Both the position numbers and the translations under genes were made by a program. The notes under the pieces were generated by a model. That model did not search any database. It was given only the letters and a program-made list of their open reading frames with translations, and was not told the origin of the DNA. A DNA stretch of 64,000 nt, taken from the NCBI GenBank assembly GCA_046563655.1, contig CM102290.1:12958001-13022000 (forward strand). The letters run 5' to 3'. This document shows, piece by piece, positions 1 to 11,884 of the stretch; position 1 is the stretch's first letter; each line of letters opens with the position of its first letter. The DNA comes from Yuukianura sp. NJ FZ-2021 (lineage: Eukaryota).

Positions 1-2046
1 TCAGTATGGACGTTCTAGTGGAGGAGCTGGAAGTTCTGCGTTTGGAGTTAAAAGGAAGGAACCACGACATCAGTGTGGACAGCGACATGAAAGAAGTCGT
101 TAACCATGCGGTAAGGCAACTACGAGGCAATTTTGATGTGTATTTTTCGAATTTGAAGCTAAGCTTTTAAAATTTTAAATCAATCTGTGTTCAAGGTTCA
201 TTGACAACCGAATTGTATTTCCTACATCAGGTTGTCCAATAACTCGAGGGTTTCAAAAGTCTAGTTTCAAACAATTTTTTCCCAATTTTGTTTAGGAATG
301 GAGGTGAAATTTAAGGGTTTTCGCCTTGCAAAATTTTTTCACAAAATTGAAAAACCCGAATTATTGGACAACCTGTTGTAGAAAAAAAACCTTTTCCTTG
401 TTCATGAACCTTAATTTGTGTAAATCTTGTGGAATTTAATCAGCTAACCATCCTGGGTCCTGGTCTTGTGCGTCGCGAGTTAATCCGAGTGGAATCTGCG
501 GGAATGAAGTCTACGCAGATAATGCTTAAACCGGTATCCTCTCTGCCAAATGTGCTGGAACTAGCCTATTATTCTACTTGTCTATCTCCAATCTATGCCA
601 TGGAGGCCGTCATTGGTATTCAATTTTCAAAATTTGGAAATTTCAGCAAATGCAACAACAAATTTCGTTTTTTGTAGTTTTTACACCACGTTTTTCAAAT
701 ATTTTCAACATTGTTTTTAGCAACCAGTATACTCGTGCTCAAGGGTGGAGAGCTGGAGGACCTCAGAAATCAGGCAGGTTATGTTTGTCATGTGACCGAC
801 ATTGAACTCGTTGCAACTTGCTTGGAACTGTGCGGAATTCTGCAAAACGAGTTCATCTTCCATCCACCTTGCCAAACACTGGAATTCTCCATTCGGAAAT
901 CCCTAGATGACCTTAAAGCCCAAGGAATTCTCAATTGTGGTCGCGTAAGTGTAAATCAAAGCTACAATGATTTTTTTTCTATATTTTACGAGAATGCTCA
1001 CCATGTTCGCTGGGGCTCCGCCTCAAACTCGTTCAGCCGTCCCAAGGTTACTTTAGCACCCAATGATACAAATGCGCTAAGAAAAAACACAAAATTTTGA
1101 TTTAAACAACCTTGAGCCGCCCATAATTTCAATTCCGCAATATGGCAGTTTTTTTAAACATTTATTAAAGTACCTTTCAAAATTTCTTAATTTTGTCTCC
1201 AAATTAGCAGGTTTCATAAAAGTCTCACTCACACCCAAAAATGTTCATCGTACAGACAGACAAACAAATCCCACATTTCTTTAATGTTATAATCGATATA
1301 AAATTAATAGTATTATACTTTTAATTATTCCAGGCAAGAATAAATTCAGAGAGCAACGACAAGGACGATGGAAGGCTGAGTTTACGAAATGTAAATTTGG
1401 TTTACGTACACACGGACGAGGAATCGCTTCGGAGGCTCAAATTTTTACACCGTTTGATTACACCGATTTTGGACACTTATGCCGTTTCATCCCTTGTGCT
1501 GAAACGTATCGTAGGATGTGAAGCCATAGAGAAGCATTTGCAACTGGACATGCTGGCTGAAGTCAAATGTCACCTCCAACAAGATTTAATTAATTACGGT
1601 AAATTGGGTACAGAAAAGCCTCTCTTACAGCAACTACATGTTGCAGTAAATTTTGTGATTACATGGTACCAAAGGCATTTGGTCACTCGATCCCTCACGT
1701 AATTTACTAAAAGTTGAGTTCCCTCTCAAAACCTAGATTTGAATGTATTCCGCTGAAAAAAAAATGTTGCCATAAGAGAGGTTTTGCTGTATTTTTTGAA
1801 TTTTGTGTCTAACTTAGTTTTTGTGAAGATTCGGGCTGTGATGTCTAATTTTTGGTTTGAATTTTTTTTAAAGGTGAAAGCCTTGCTCTGGACCCTATTC
1901 GAAATTTCATCAAACTCCTAGTAGGATGGGAAGTTTTGGAAAGTTTCACTCAAAATTATTTGACAAAATATGTTCTGACAGAGGCGTTTGACCTGGACGA
2001 CTCCGTGGACGCTGTAATTCGACGGGTAAAACGGTTCCAGATTTGA
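1..2046 (+). CDS. GPAM: 3' part of a mitochondrial-type glycerol-3-phosphate acyltransferase (GPAT1/GPAM/mino-like), multi-exon, 5'-truncated by the window
   Basis: GT-AG exons at about 1-110, 444-616, 721-944, 1335-1598 and 1874-2046. Peptides LELAYYS, LCGILQNEFIFHPPCQ, LKFLHRLITPILDTY and GESLALDPIRNFIKLL resemble the GPAT1 C-terminal half. TGA at 2044-2046. Confidence 0.75.
192..413. mobile_element. P-element-like MITE in a GPAT intron
   Basis: caaggttcattgacaaccga..caggttgtccaataact ... ttattggacaacctgtt..catgaacctta; same family as 40662 and 54904. Confidence 0.75.
1611..1789. mobile_element. MITE with CAGAAAAGCCTCTCTTA-type terminal inverted repeats (Tc1/mariner-pogo-like), intronic in GPAT
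   Basis: ta|cagaaaagcctctctta ... taagagaggttttgctg|ta, with TA flanks. A related copy lies at 39731-39912. Confidence 0.65.
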
Positions 2047-2746
2047 AACTTCCCGCAATGGGATTACTGTTATGCTATTAGCTGTAACTCTTTAAACGCT
2101 TTCTGTCCGTTGCCACTTTTCCATGACCAATATTTTATATTTTGTTGACGTTATTTTAAGAAATATGCATGTATAAAGTATAAGTTAGTATTTTTTAAGT
2201 AAAACTTTTTACAATGACTGGAAACAAAAGAATCGCAATGAATTCATTAAATAAACACTACACAAGTGAAATTTAATTCATTTGACTCGTTTTCCTCCAA
2301 ACTCAAGTTGAAAATTCTCAAAATTTTTATAAAGTTGGCAATTCTGCACCATCACTTTCCGTTTTCCTAAAAAAAAGGAAGCCTTCATAATTTAGCATCT
2401 GCGAAGTTTGATTCGTAAATATCAAGCGAAGTTAGAACAAAATTTTGAAAAAAGTTTGTATTGGTTTCTGTCATGGCTTTTTTTTATTCATGAGCTTTCT
2501 CTAAGTTCTTCCCTCATTTGAAAAAAACACGTTCTCAAAATATTCTAAAAATCGAAAAGACTGCAAAAGTGAGCATTAAAGTACAAATTCATTCACTCTT
2601 TTACATTTTAGTTAATAAATTATGCTACAATTATCAAGTATTTTTGATTTCATTGCAGAAAACATTTTGTCAACTAGCAAATAAATTACTAATCCTCGCA
2701 TTCCATAAAAAAGATTTTTTTTTTAAACAAAAAAATCAGTTTCCAA

Positions 2747-5700
2747 TTATTGCTCCCCGTCAAGAATCAAGTTTCGTCGAAACGAGCCAAATTCAGCGGA
2801 AAACTCGCTGAGTTCTTCATACTGTAAAAAGTCCAGGTCGTTGGTAATACAGCGACTGATTACATGCGCTACACCATTCCCCACTGGAATATCCGCTTTC
2901 AACACATTTATGTTGCCGTTCAAAGCTGTCAGAGTTCCTGAAGATTAAAAATGACACAATTTAAACTTAATAGCACCGTCAGTCCCGAATAATACAGTTT
3001 TACTTGCTACTTACTGCTGAGTCCATCCGAACAAACCGAGACCTTGATTTCCTTAAAATAGTTTGTCAGCAGAAATTGACCTTGGAGAAGTCCAGCGCTA
3101 AAGTGCGTACCGTTGACAATATGGTAGTTGACAAAATCTGAGTAAAAATATGCATTTTAGCAATACGTGAAAGGTTAAGGGCTTACATGGCTTGAGAGAC
3201 AAAGAATGAGAATATAAAGATTAAAGAACTGTGTGGGATTCGAACCCACTTCACTTCAATCCTGGAAGACCTCTTACGCCCACTGTACAAGAGAATCTTA
3301 AACTATTGAATTAATTTTGTAACTTACTTGTTAGAGTGTTCAAGTTGTACGCAAGTTTGTCATACTGCAGAGATTCGAAACAGGAATTGATTGGGATGAA
3401 TATTGTGTATGGCGTTTCTTGGTCCAGGTAGAAAAGCATATTGGAGTCCGTTACAGCTTGTAGAAAGACTGGAATCAAAGTGACACAAATTAGGCGGCAA
3501 ACAAAAATTTTAAAATGGCAAAAAATGTTGAGTACTTACAGGAAAAGTCAGGAATCTCTGCCAGGTATTGGGCAATACTTCTTCTGGGGATTGGAACGAT
3601 CACTTTGTCGACAACGTGTAGAAGTCCTGTCGTAGAATGTATACCGCCTTGAAGTACACGTGACCCGTCAATTGTGTATGTACTCTAAAAAAACACAAAA
3701 TTTTTAATTTTTGTGGTTACAGTTTTCTAATTGCTGAATATTTGTTGTTGTGGGCGTTACATAATCTGTGCCTGGGTTGTAAACATTAATACGAAGTCGA
3801 CTTCCGCGAAAATTGACAACTTCAAACTCATTTCCAACAGTATCGAAAGGAAGATTGACCTTGATGATATGGTTTGTTATAAAAGCAGTGAGCAGATTTA
3901 CGTCTGTCCGCAAGCTCTGAAGGAACCATGCTGGCAAAAGTTCAAAGGCACTGTCCACTGGCGCAAAAAATGTATAGTTATCTAGAAGAAAAAAATAATT
4001 TCAAAATTTTGACAAAAATATGAAGAAACATTAAATGTTGTAAAAAAAAGCGTACTTGACAGAGAGAAAAGAGGTTCAAGGCCTGCGTCCAAGATCATCC
4101 CGTAAATAATTCTGAGCTCAAGTTGAGCAATGACCTGCTCCATTGTGCAATCCACGGCTGTCACAGGCGTCAACCCACATTGATCCAAGCTTCGACGTTG
4201 CTGAACAGCGACGTCTACCGGAAAATAGCCGGGAGGTACAAACGGTCCTGGGGGAAGACCTGAACAGGTCTCAACGCTGGGAACTTCCTCCCCAGCAATG
4301 AACTCGCCAGGGATTACTTCACCGCCTTCTCCAGCTTGGTTGCATAAAGTGTTATCAAACTCAGCATTTGGGCCTAGCTGTGTACATTCGGGAACTACTT
4401 CCGGCTGCACTGGGACCTCCACTGCTACGGGATAGACTGGCAGTCCAGACTCCACCGGCACTTCAACAGGAACTTGGGCCAAGGCAGCGTGTTGTGCTTC
4501 TTCTGCTGCAAGTTGTGCTGCTTGGAAACTTTCTGCTTCGTATTGACTTTGAGCGGCTTCATAGCTTTGACTGGCTTGCTGTTGGTTGTACTGGAATTGG
4601 TTTTCTGCCGCAAGCTGTGATTCAATGGGAACAACGGGTTGCTGTACAGGAAGCTGTTCTGTGCCCAGAAGTTGTTGCTGTGCTGCTGCTGCTGCTGCTG
4701 CAATTTGTGCTGCTTGGAAGCTTTCTGCTTCGTATTGACTTTGAGCGGCTTCATAGCTTTGACTGGCTTGCTGTTGGTTATACTGGAATTGGTTTTCTGC
4801 AGCAAGCTGCGATTCAATTGGAACTATTGGTTGCTGTACAGGAAGCTGCTCTGTGCCCAGAAGTTGTTGCTGTGCTGCTGCCATTTGTGCTGCTTGGAAA
4901 CTTTCTGCTTCGTATTGACTTTGAGCGGCTTCATAGCTTTGACTGGCTTGCTGTTGGTTATACTGGAATTGGTTTTCTGCCGCAAGCTGTGATTCAATTT
5001 GAACAACGGGTTGCTGTACAGGAAGCTGCTCTGTGCCCAGAAGTTGTTGCTGTGCTGCTGCTGCTGCCATTTGTGCTGCTTGGAAGCTTTCTGCTTCGTA
5101 TTGACTTTGAGCGGCTTCATAGCTTTGACTGGCTTGCTGTTGGTTGTACTGGAATTGGTTTTCTGCCGCAAGTTGCGATTCAATTGGAACTATTGGTTGC
5201 TGTACAGGAAGCTGCTCTGTGCCCAGAAGTTGTTGCTGTGCTGCTGCTGCTGCCATTTGTGCTGCTTGGAAGCTTTCTGCTTCGTATTGACTTTGAGCGG
5301 CTTCATAGCTTTGACTGGCTTGCTGTTGGTTGTACTGGAATTGGTTTTCTGCCGCAAGCTGTGATTCAATTGGAACTATTGGTTGCTGTACAGGAAGCTG
5401 CTCTGTGCCCAGAAGTTGTTGCTGTGCTGCTTCTGCTGCTGCAATTTGTGCTGCTTGGAAACTTTCTGCTTCGTATTGACTTTGAGCGGCTTCATAGCTT
5501 TGACTGGCTTGTTGTTGGTTATACTGGAATTGGTTTTCTGCCGCAAGTTGCGATTCAATTGGAACTATTGGTTGCTGTACAGGAAGCTGTTCTGTGGCCG
5601 GAATTTGCTGCTGTGCTGCTGCAGCCGCTGCAAGTTGTGCTGCTTGGAAGCTTTCTGCTTCGTATTGACTTTGAGCGGCTTCATAGCTTTGACTGGCTTG

Positions 5701-8700
5701 TTGTTGGTTGTACTGGAATTGGTTTTCTGCCGCAAGTTGCGATTCAATTGGAACTATTGGTTGCTGTACAGGAATCTGCTCTGTGCCTAGAAGTTGTTGC
5801 TGTGCTGCTGCTTCTGCTGCTGCAATTTGTGCTGCTTGGAAACTTTCTGCTTCGTATTGACTTTGAGCGGCTTCATAGCTTTGACTGGCTTGCTGTTGGT
5901 TGTACTGGAATTGGTTTTCTGCCGCAAGCTGTGATTCAATGGGAACTACGGGTTGCTGTACAGGAAGCTGCTCTGTGCCCAGAAGTTGTTGCTGTGCTGC
6001 TGCTGCTGCCATTTGTGCTGCTTGGAAGCTTTCTGCTTCGTATTGACTTTGAGCGGCTTCATAGCTTTGACTGGCTTGCTGTTGGTTATACTGGAATTGG
6101 TTTTCTGCCGCAAGCTGTGATTCAATGGGAACTACGGGTTGCTGTACAGGAAGCTGCTCTGTGCCCAGAAGTTGTTGCTGTGCTGCTGCTTCTGCTGCTG
6201 CAATTTGTGCTGCTTGGAAACTTTCTGCTTCGTATTGACTTTGAGCGGCTTCATAGCTTTGACTGGCTTGCTGTTGGTTATACTGGAATTGGTTTTCTGC
6301 CGCAAGCTGTGATTCAATGGGAACAACGGGTTGCTGTACAGGAAGCTGCTCTGTGGCCGGAAGTTGTTGCTGTGCTGCTGCAGCCGCTGCAAGTTGTGCT
6401 GCTTGGAAGCTTTCTGCTTCGTATTGACTTTGAGCGGCTTCATAGCTTTGACTGGCTTGTTGTTGGTTGTACTGGAATTGGTTTTCTGCCGCAAGTTGCG
6501 ATTCAATTGGAACTATTGGTTGCTGTACAGGAAGCTGCTCTGTGCCGGGAAGTTGTTGCTGTGCTGCTGCTTCTGCTGCTGCAATTTGTGCTGCTTGGAA
6601 ACTTTCTGCTTCGTATTGACTTTGAGCGGCTTCATAGCTTTGACTGGCTTGCTGTTGGTTATACTGGAATTGGTTTTCTGCCGCAAGCTGTGATTCAATG
6701 GGAACAACGGGTTGCTGTACAGGAAGCTGCTCTGTGCCCAGAAGTTGTTGCTGTGCTGCTGCTGCTGCCATTTGTGCTGCTTGGAAGCTTTCTGCTTCGT
6801 ATTGACTTTGAGCGGCTTCATAGCTTTGACTGGCTTGCTGTTGGTTATACTGGAATTGGTTTTCTGCAGCAAGCTGTGATTCAATGGGAACTACGGGTTG
6901 CTGTACAGGAAGCTGCTCTGTGCCCAGAAGTTGTTGCTGTGCTGCTGCTGCTGCCATTTGTGCTGCTTGGAAGCTTTCTGCTTCGTATTGACTTTGAGCG
7001 GCTTCATAGCTTTGACTGGCTTGCTGTTGGTTATACTGGAATTGGTTTTCTGCCGCAAGCTGTGATTCAATTGGAACTATTGGTTGCTGTACAGGAATCT
7101 GCTCTGTGCCTAGAAGTTGTTGCTGTGCTGCTGCTTCTGCTGCTGCAATTTGTGCTGCTTGGAAACTTTCTGCTTCGTATTGACTTTGAGCGGCTTCATA
7201 GCTTTGACTGGCTTGCTGTTGGTTGTACTGGAATTGGTTTTCTGCCGCAAGCTGTGATTCAATTGGAACTATTGGTTGCTGTACAGGAATCTGCTCTGTG
7301 ATTAGAAGTTGTTGCTGTGCTGCTGCTGCAATTTGTGCTGCTTGGAAACTTTCTGCTTCGTATTGACTTTGAGCGGCTTCATAGCTTTGACTGGCTTGCT
7401 GTTGGTTGTACTGGAACTGGTTTTCTGCCGCAAGCTGTGATTCAATTGGAACTATTGGTTGCTGTACAGGAATCTGCTCTGTGCCTAGAAGTTGTTGCTG
7501 TGCTGCTGCTTCTGCTGCTGCAATTTGTGCTGCTTGGAAACTTTCTGCTTCGTATTGACTTTGAGCGGCTTCATAGCTTTGACTGGCTTGCTGTTGGTTA
7601 TACTGGAATTGGTTTTCTGCCGCAAGCTGTGATTCAATTGGGAACTACGGGTTGCTGTACAGGAAGCTGCTCTGTGCCCAGAAGTTGTTGCTGTGCTGCT
7701 GCTGCTGCCATTTGTGCTGCTTGGAAGCTTTCTGCTTCGTATTGACTTTGAGCGGCTTCATAGCTTTGACTGGCTTGCTGTTGGTTATACTGGAATTGGT
7801 TTTCTGCAGCAAGCTGTGATTCAATGGGAACTACGGGTTGCTGTACAGGAAGCTGCTCTGTGCCCAGAAGTTGTTGCTGTGCTGCTGCCATTTGTGCTGC
7901 TTGGAAGCTTTCTGCTTCGTATTGACTTTGAGCGGCTTCATAGCTTTGACTGGCTTGCTGTTGGTTATACTGGAATTGGTTTTCTGCAGCAACCTGCGAT
8001 TCAATTGGAACTATTGGTTGCTGTACAGGAAGCTGCTCTGTGCCCAGAAGTTGTTGCTGTGCTGCTGCTGCCATTTGTGCTGCTTGGAAACTTTCTGCTT
8101 CGTATTGACTTTGAGCGGCTTCGTAGCTTTGACTGGCTTGCTGTTGGTTATACTGGAACTGGTTTTCTGCCGCAAGCTGTGATTCAATTGGAACTATTGG
8201 TTGCTGTACAGGAAGCTGCTCTGTGCCCAGAAGTTGTTGCTGTGCTGCTGCTTCTGCTGCTGCAATTTGTGCTGCTTGGAAACTTTCTGCTTCGTATTGA
8301 CTTTGAGCGGCTTCATAGCTTTGACTGGCTTGCTGTTGGTTATACTGGAATTGGTTTTCTGCAGCAAGCTGTGATTAAATGGGAACAACGGGTTGCTGTA
8401 CAGGAAGCTGCTCTGTGCCCAGAAGTTGTTGCTGTGCTGCTGCTGCTGCCATTTGTGCTGCTTGGAAGCTTTCTGCTTCGTATTGACTTTGAGCGGCTTC
8501 ATAGCTTTGACTGGCTTGCTGTTGGTTATACTGGAATTGGTTTTCTGCCGCAAGCTGTGATTCAATGGGAACAACGGGTTGCTGTACAGGAAGCTGCTCT
8601 GTGCCCAGAAGTTGTTGCTGTGCTGCTGCCATTTGTGCTGCTTGGAAGCTTTCTGCTTCGTATTGACTTTGAGCGGCTTCATAGCTTTGACTGGCTTGCT

Positions 8701-11700
8701 GTTGGTTATACTGGAATTGGTTTTCTGCCGCAAGTTGCGATTCAATTGGAACTATTGGTTGCTGTACAGGAAGTTGCTCTGTGCCTGGAAGTTGTTGGGC
8801 TGCTGCAGCCGCTGCAAGTTGTGCTGCTTGGAAGCTTTCTGCTTCGTATTGACTTTGAGCGGCTTCATAGCTTTGACTGGCTTGCTGTTGGTTATACTGG
8901 AACTGGTTTTCTGCAGCAACCTGCGATTCAATTGGAACTATTGGTTGCTGTACAGGAAGCTGCTCTGTGCCCAGAAGTTGTTGCTGTGCTGCTGCTTCTG
9001 CTGCCATTTGTGCTGCTTGGAAACTTTCTGCTTCGTATTGACTTTGAGCGGCTTCATAGCTTTGACTGGCTTGCTGTTGGTTATACTGGAACTGGTTTTC
9101 TGCAGCAACCTGCGATTCAATTGGAACTATTGGTTGCTGTACAGGAAGCTGCTCTGTGCCCAGAAGTTGTTGCTGTGCTGCTGCCATTTGTGCTGCTTGG
9201 AAGCTTTCTGCTTCGTATTGACTTTGAGCGGCTTCATAGCTTTGACTGGCTTGCTGTTGGTTATACTGGAATTGGTTTTCTGCCGCAAGCTGTGATTCAA
9301 TTGGAACAACGGGTTGCTGTACAGGAAGCTGCTCTGTGCCCAGAAGTTGTTGCTGTGCTGCTGCCATTTGTGCTGCTTGGAAGCTTTCTGCTTCGTATTG
9401 ACTTTGAGCGGCTTCATAGCTTTGACTGGCTTGCTGTTGGTTATACTGGAATTGGTTTTCTGCAGCAACCTGCGATTCAATTGGAACTATTGGTTGCTGT
9501 ACAGGAAGCTGCTCTGTGCCCAGAAGTTGTTGCTGTGCTGCTGCTTCTGCTGCCATTTGTGCTGCTTGGAAACTTTCTGCTTCGTATTGACTTTGAGCGG
9601 CTTCGTAGCTTTGACTGGCTTGCTGTTGGTTATACTGGAACTGGTTTTCTGCAGCAACCTGCGATTCAATTGGAACTATTGGTTGCTGTACAGGAAGCTG
9701 CTCTGTGCCCAGAAGTTGTTGCTGTGCTGCTGCTGCTGCCATTTGTGCTGCTTGGAAGCTTTCTGCTTCGTATTGACTTTGAGCGGCTTCATAGCTTTGA
9801 CTGGCTTGCTGTTGGTTATACTGGAATTGGTTTTCTGCCGCAAGCTGTGATTCAATTGGAACTATTGGTTGCTGTACAGGAAGCTGCTCTGTGCCCGGAA
9901 GTTGTTGCTGTGCTGCTGCTGCTGCCATTTGTGCTGCTTGGAAGCTTTCTGCTTCGTATTGACTTTGAGCGGCTTCATAGCTTTGACTGGCTTGCTGTTG
10001 GTTATACTGGAATTGGTTTTCTGCAGCAAGCTGTGATTCAATGGGAACAACGGGTTGCTGTACAGGAAGCTGCTCTGTGCCCAGAAGTTGTTGCTGTGCT
10101 GCTGCTGCTGCCATTTGTGCTGCTTGGAAGCTTTCTGCTTCGTATTGACTTTGAGCGGCTTCATAGCTTTGACTGGCTTGCTGTTGGTTATACTGGAATT
10201 GGTTTTCTGCAGCAAGCTGTGATTCAATGGGAACAACGGGTTGCTGTACAGGAAGCTGCTCTGTGCCCAGAAGTTGTTGCTGTGCTGCGGCTGCTGCCAT
10301 TTGTGCTGCTTGGAAGCTTTCTGCTTCGTATTGACTTTGAGCGGCTTCATAGCTTTGACTGGCTTGCTGTTGGTTATACTGGAATTGGTTTTCTGCCGCA
10401 AGCTGTGATTCAATTGGAACTATTGGTTGCTGTACAGGAAGCTGCTCTGTGCCTAGAAGTTGTTGCTGTGCTGCTGCTTCTGCTGCTGCAATTTGTGCTG
10501 CTTGGAAACTTTCTGCTTCGTATTGACTTTGAGCGGCTTCATAGCTTTGACTGGCTTGCTGTTGGTTATACTGGAACTGGTTTTCTGCAGCAAGCTGCGA
10601 TTCAATTGGAACTATTGGTTGCTGTACAGGAAGCTGCTCTGTGCCCAGAAGTTGTTGCTGTGCTGCTGCCATTTGTGCTGCTTGGAAGCTTTCTGCTTCG
10701 TATTGACTTTGAGCGGCTTCATAGCTTTGACTGGCTTGCTGTTGGTTATACTGGAATTGGTTTTCTGCCGCAAGCTGTGATTCAATGGGAACAACGGGTT
10801 GCTGTACAGGAAGCTGCTCTGTGCCCAGAAGTTGTTGCTGTGCTGCTGCCATTTGTGCTGCTTGGAAGCTTTCTGCTTCGTATTGACTTTGAGCGGCTTC
10901 ATAGCTTTGACTGGCTTGCTGTTGGTTATACTGGAATTGGTTTTCTGCCGCAAGCTGTGATTCAATTGGAACTATTGGTTGCTGTACAGGAAGCTGTTCT
11001 CCTCCTAGGGAGACTGGAAGTCCAGACTCCACCGGCACTTCAATAGGAACTTGTGCTGCGGCAGCAAGTTGAGCTGCTTGGAAACTTTCTGCTTCGTATT
11101 GACTTTGAGAGGCTTCATAGCTTTGACTGCCTTGCTGTTGATTGTACTGGAATTGGTTTTCGGATCCAATTGGAACTAACGGTGGTTGTACCGGAACCTG
11201 TTCTGCTCCCGGATATGCTGGTACTTTATACTCGACCTGAAAGCTGCTTTCAACGGGATTAGCGCTCATTCCAAGTTCTCCTACTGTTAATGTTGGACTC
11301 AATATCAAATTTTCGGGGTAATTTTCTTCGTTTGGTTCCATAATATTCTCTGGAGTCATTCCAAGAGGAAGGGCCTCTGGTTTACTTTGCATTTCCGGTG
11401 ACAATTCGTTTTGTGCTACGTTGTATTCCCTGTCAGTACTTACTGCATTTTGGAACTCTGGAGCACCCTGTTGTATTGGGGAAAGCTCTGGAGCTGCGTT
11501 TGCCGTGGGCGTGAACTGATCCGGTCCAAATCCTTGACCTGGAATTTGATTTACTGTAGTTGGCCATCCTTGTTGATCTAAATTTCCAACGTTTTCTTGC
11601 AAATCGGTTACTGGAATAGATGCAACTCCTTCTGGAAGAGGAACCTGATTTACATTACCTGGCGATGGAATTGCTGTAAAGCATGGGCCTTCCGGTGTTT

Positions 11701-11884
11701 CGTGATACTCGTAAATTTTCTCCGGTTGTGATTGCAATTCCTGTTGTGCTGCGGATCCAAATCCGAAAAGCGTCTCCCAAAAAGTCAAAGTATTTGGATT
11801 CCAAGATACATCTGTGTCCAATGTTGAAGCCGCGGAACACAGTGACGCAATGTAAAAAAGTGCACTACACCGAATTAAGTTCAT
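2747..11884 (-). CDS. Secreted fasciclin (2x FAS1) protein with a giant Gln/Ala/Glu-rich tandem repeat; reading frame interrupted in this sequence (stop 8375-8377, frameshift ~7640)
   Basis: ATG at 11884 begins a signal-peptide-like sequence (MNLIRCSALFYIASLCSA). One large exon runs to ~4057. Short exons then encode DNYTFFAPVDSAF..HII..RLRINVYNP, TIDGSRV..GLLHVVDKVI, PYTIFIP, FVNYHIVNG and ADIPVGNGVAHVI, which are FAS1 H1/YH/H2 motifs twice over. Stop at 2747-2749. Confidence 0.8.
3228..3287 (-). repeat. Degenerate tRNA-derived (SINE-head-like) fragment in an intron
   Basis: Minus-strand GTGGGTTCGAATCCCAC forms a T-arm/B-box hairpin, with a weak A-box-like TACAGTGG upstream. No full cloverleaf. 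Confidence 0.35.
4490..11200 (-). repeat. Coding tandem array of ~35 units of 180-192 bp plus one degenerate unit
   Basis: Unit QQQLLGTEQLPVQQP(I/V)VPIESQLAAENQFQYNQQQASQSYEAAQSQYEAESFQAAQ(M/I/L)A(n). Units are near-identical at DNA level and vary in length through the GCA poly-Ala tract. Confidence 0.98.

Noticed and set aside
3228..3287. Functional tRNA gene
   Set aside because: Only the T-arm/B-box is recognisable; there is no acceptor or anticodon stem.
4368..11046. Two long plus-strand ORFs (977 and 1117 aa, Leu/Val-rich) and many Cys/Leu- or Lys/Asn-rich short ORFs over the array
   Set aside because: They are shadow frames of the tandem repeat: one stop-free unit repeated gives a long ORF. 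Only the minus-strand Q/A/E frame connects to a signal peptide and the FAS1 exons.
4490..11200. CRISPR-like or non-coding satellite interpretation of the array
   Set aside because: There are no unique spacers or cas genes. Unit length varies in multiples of three and the array is in frame with an ATG and signal peptide.
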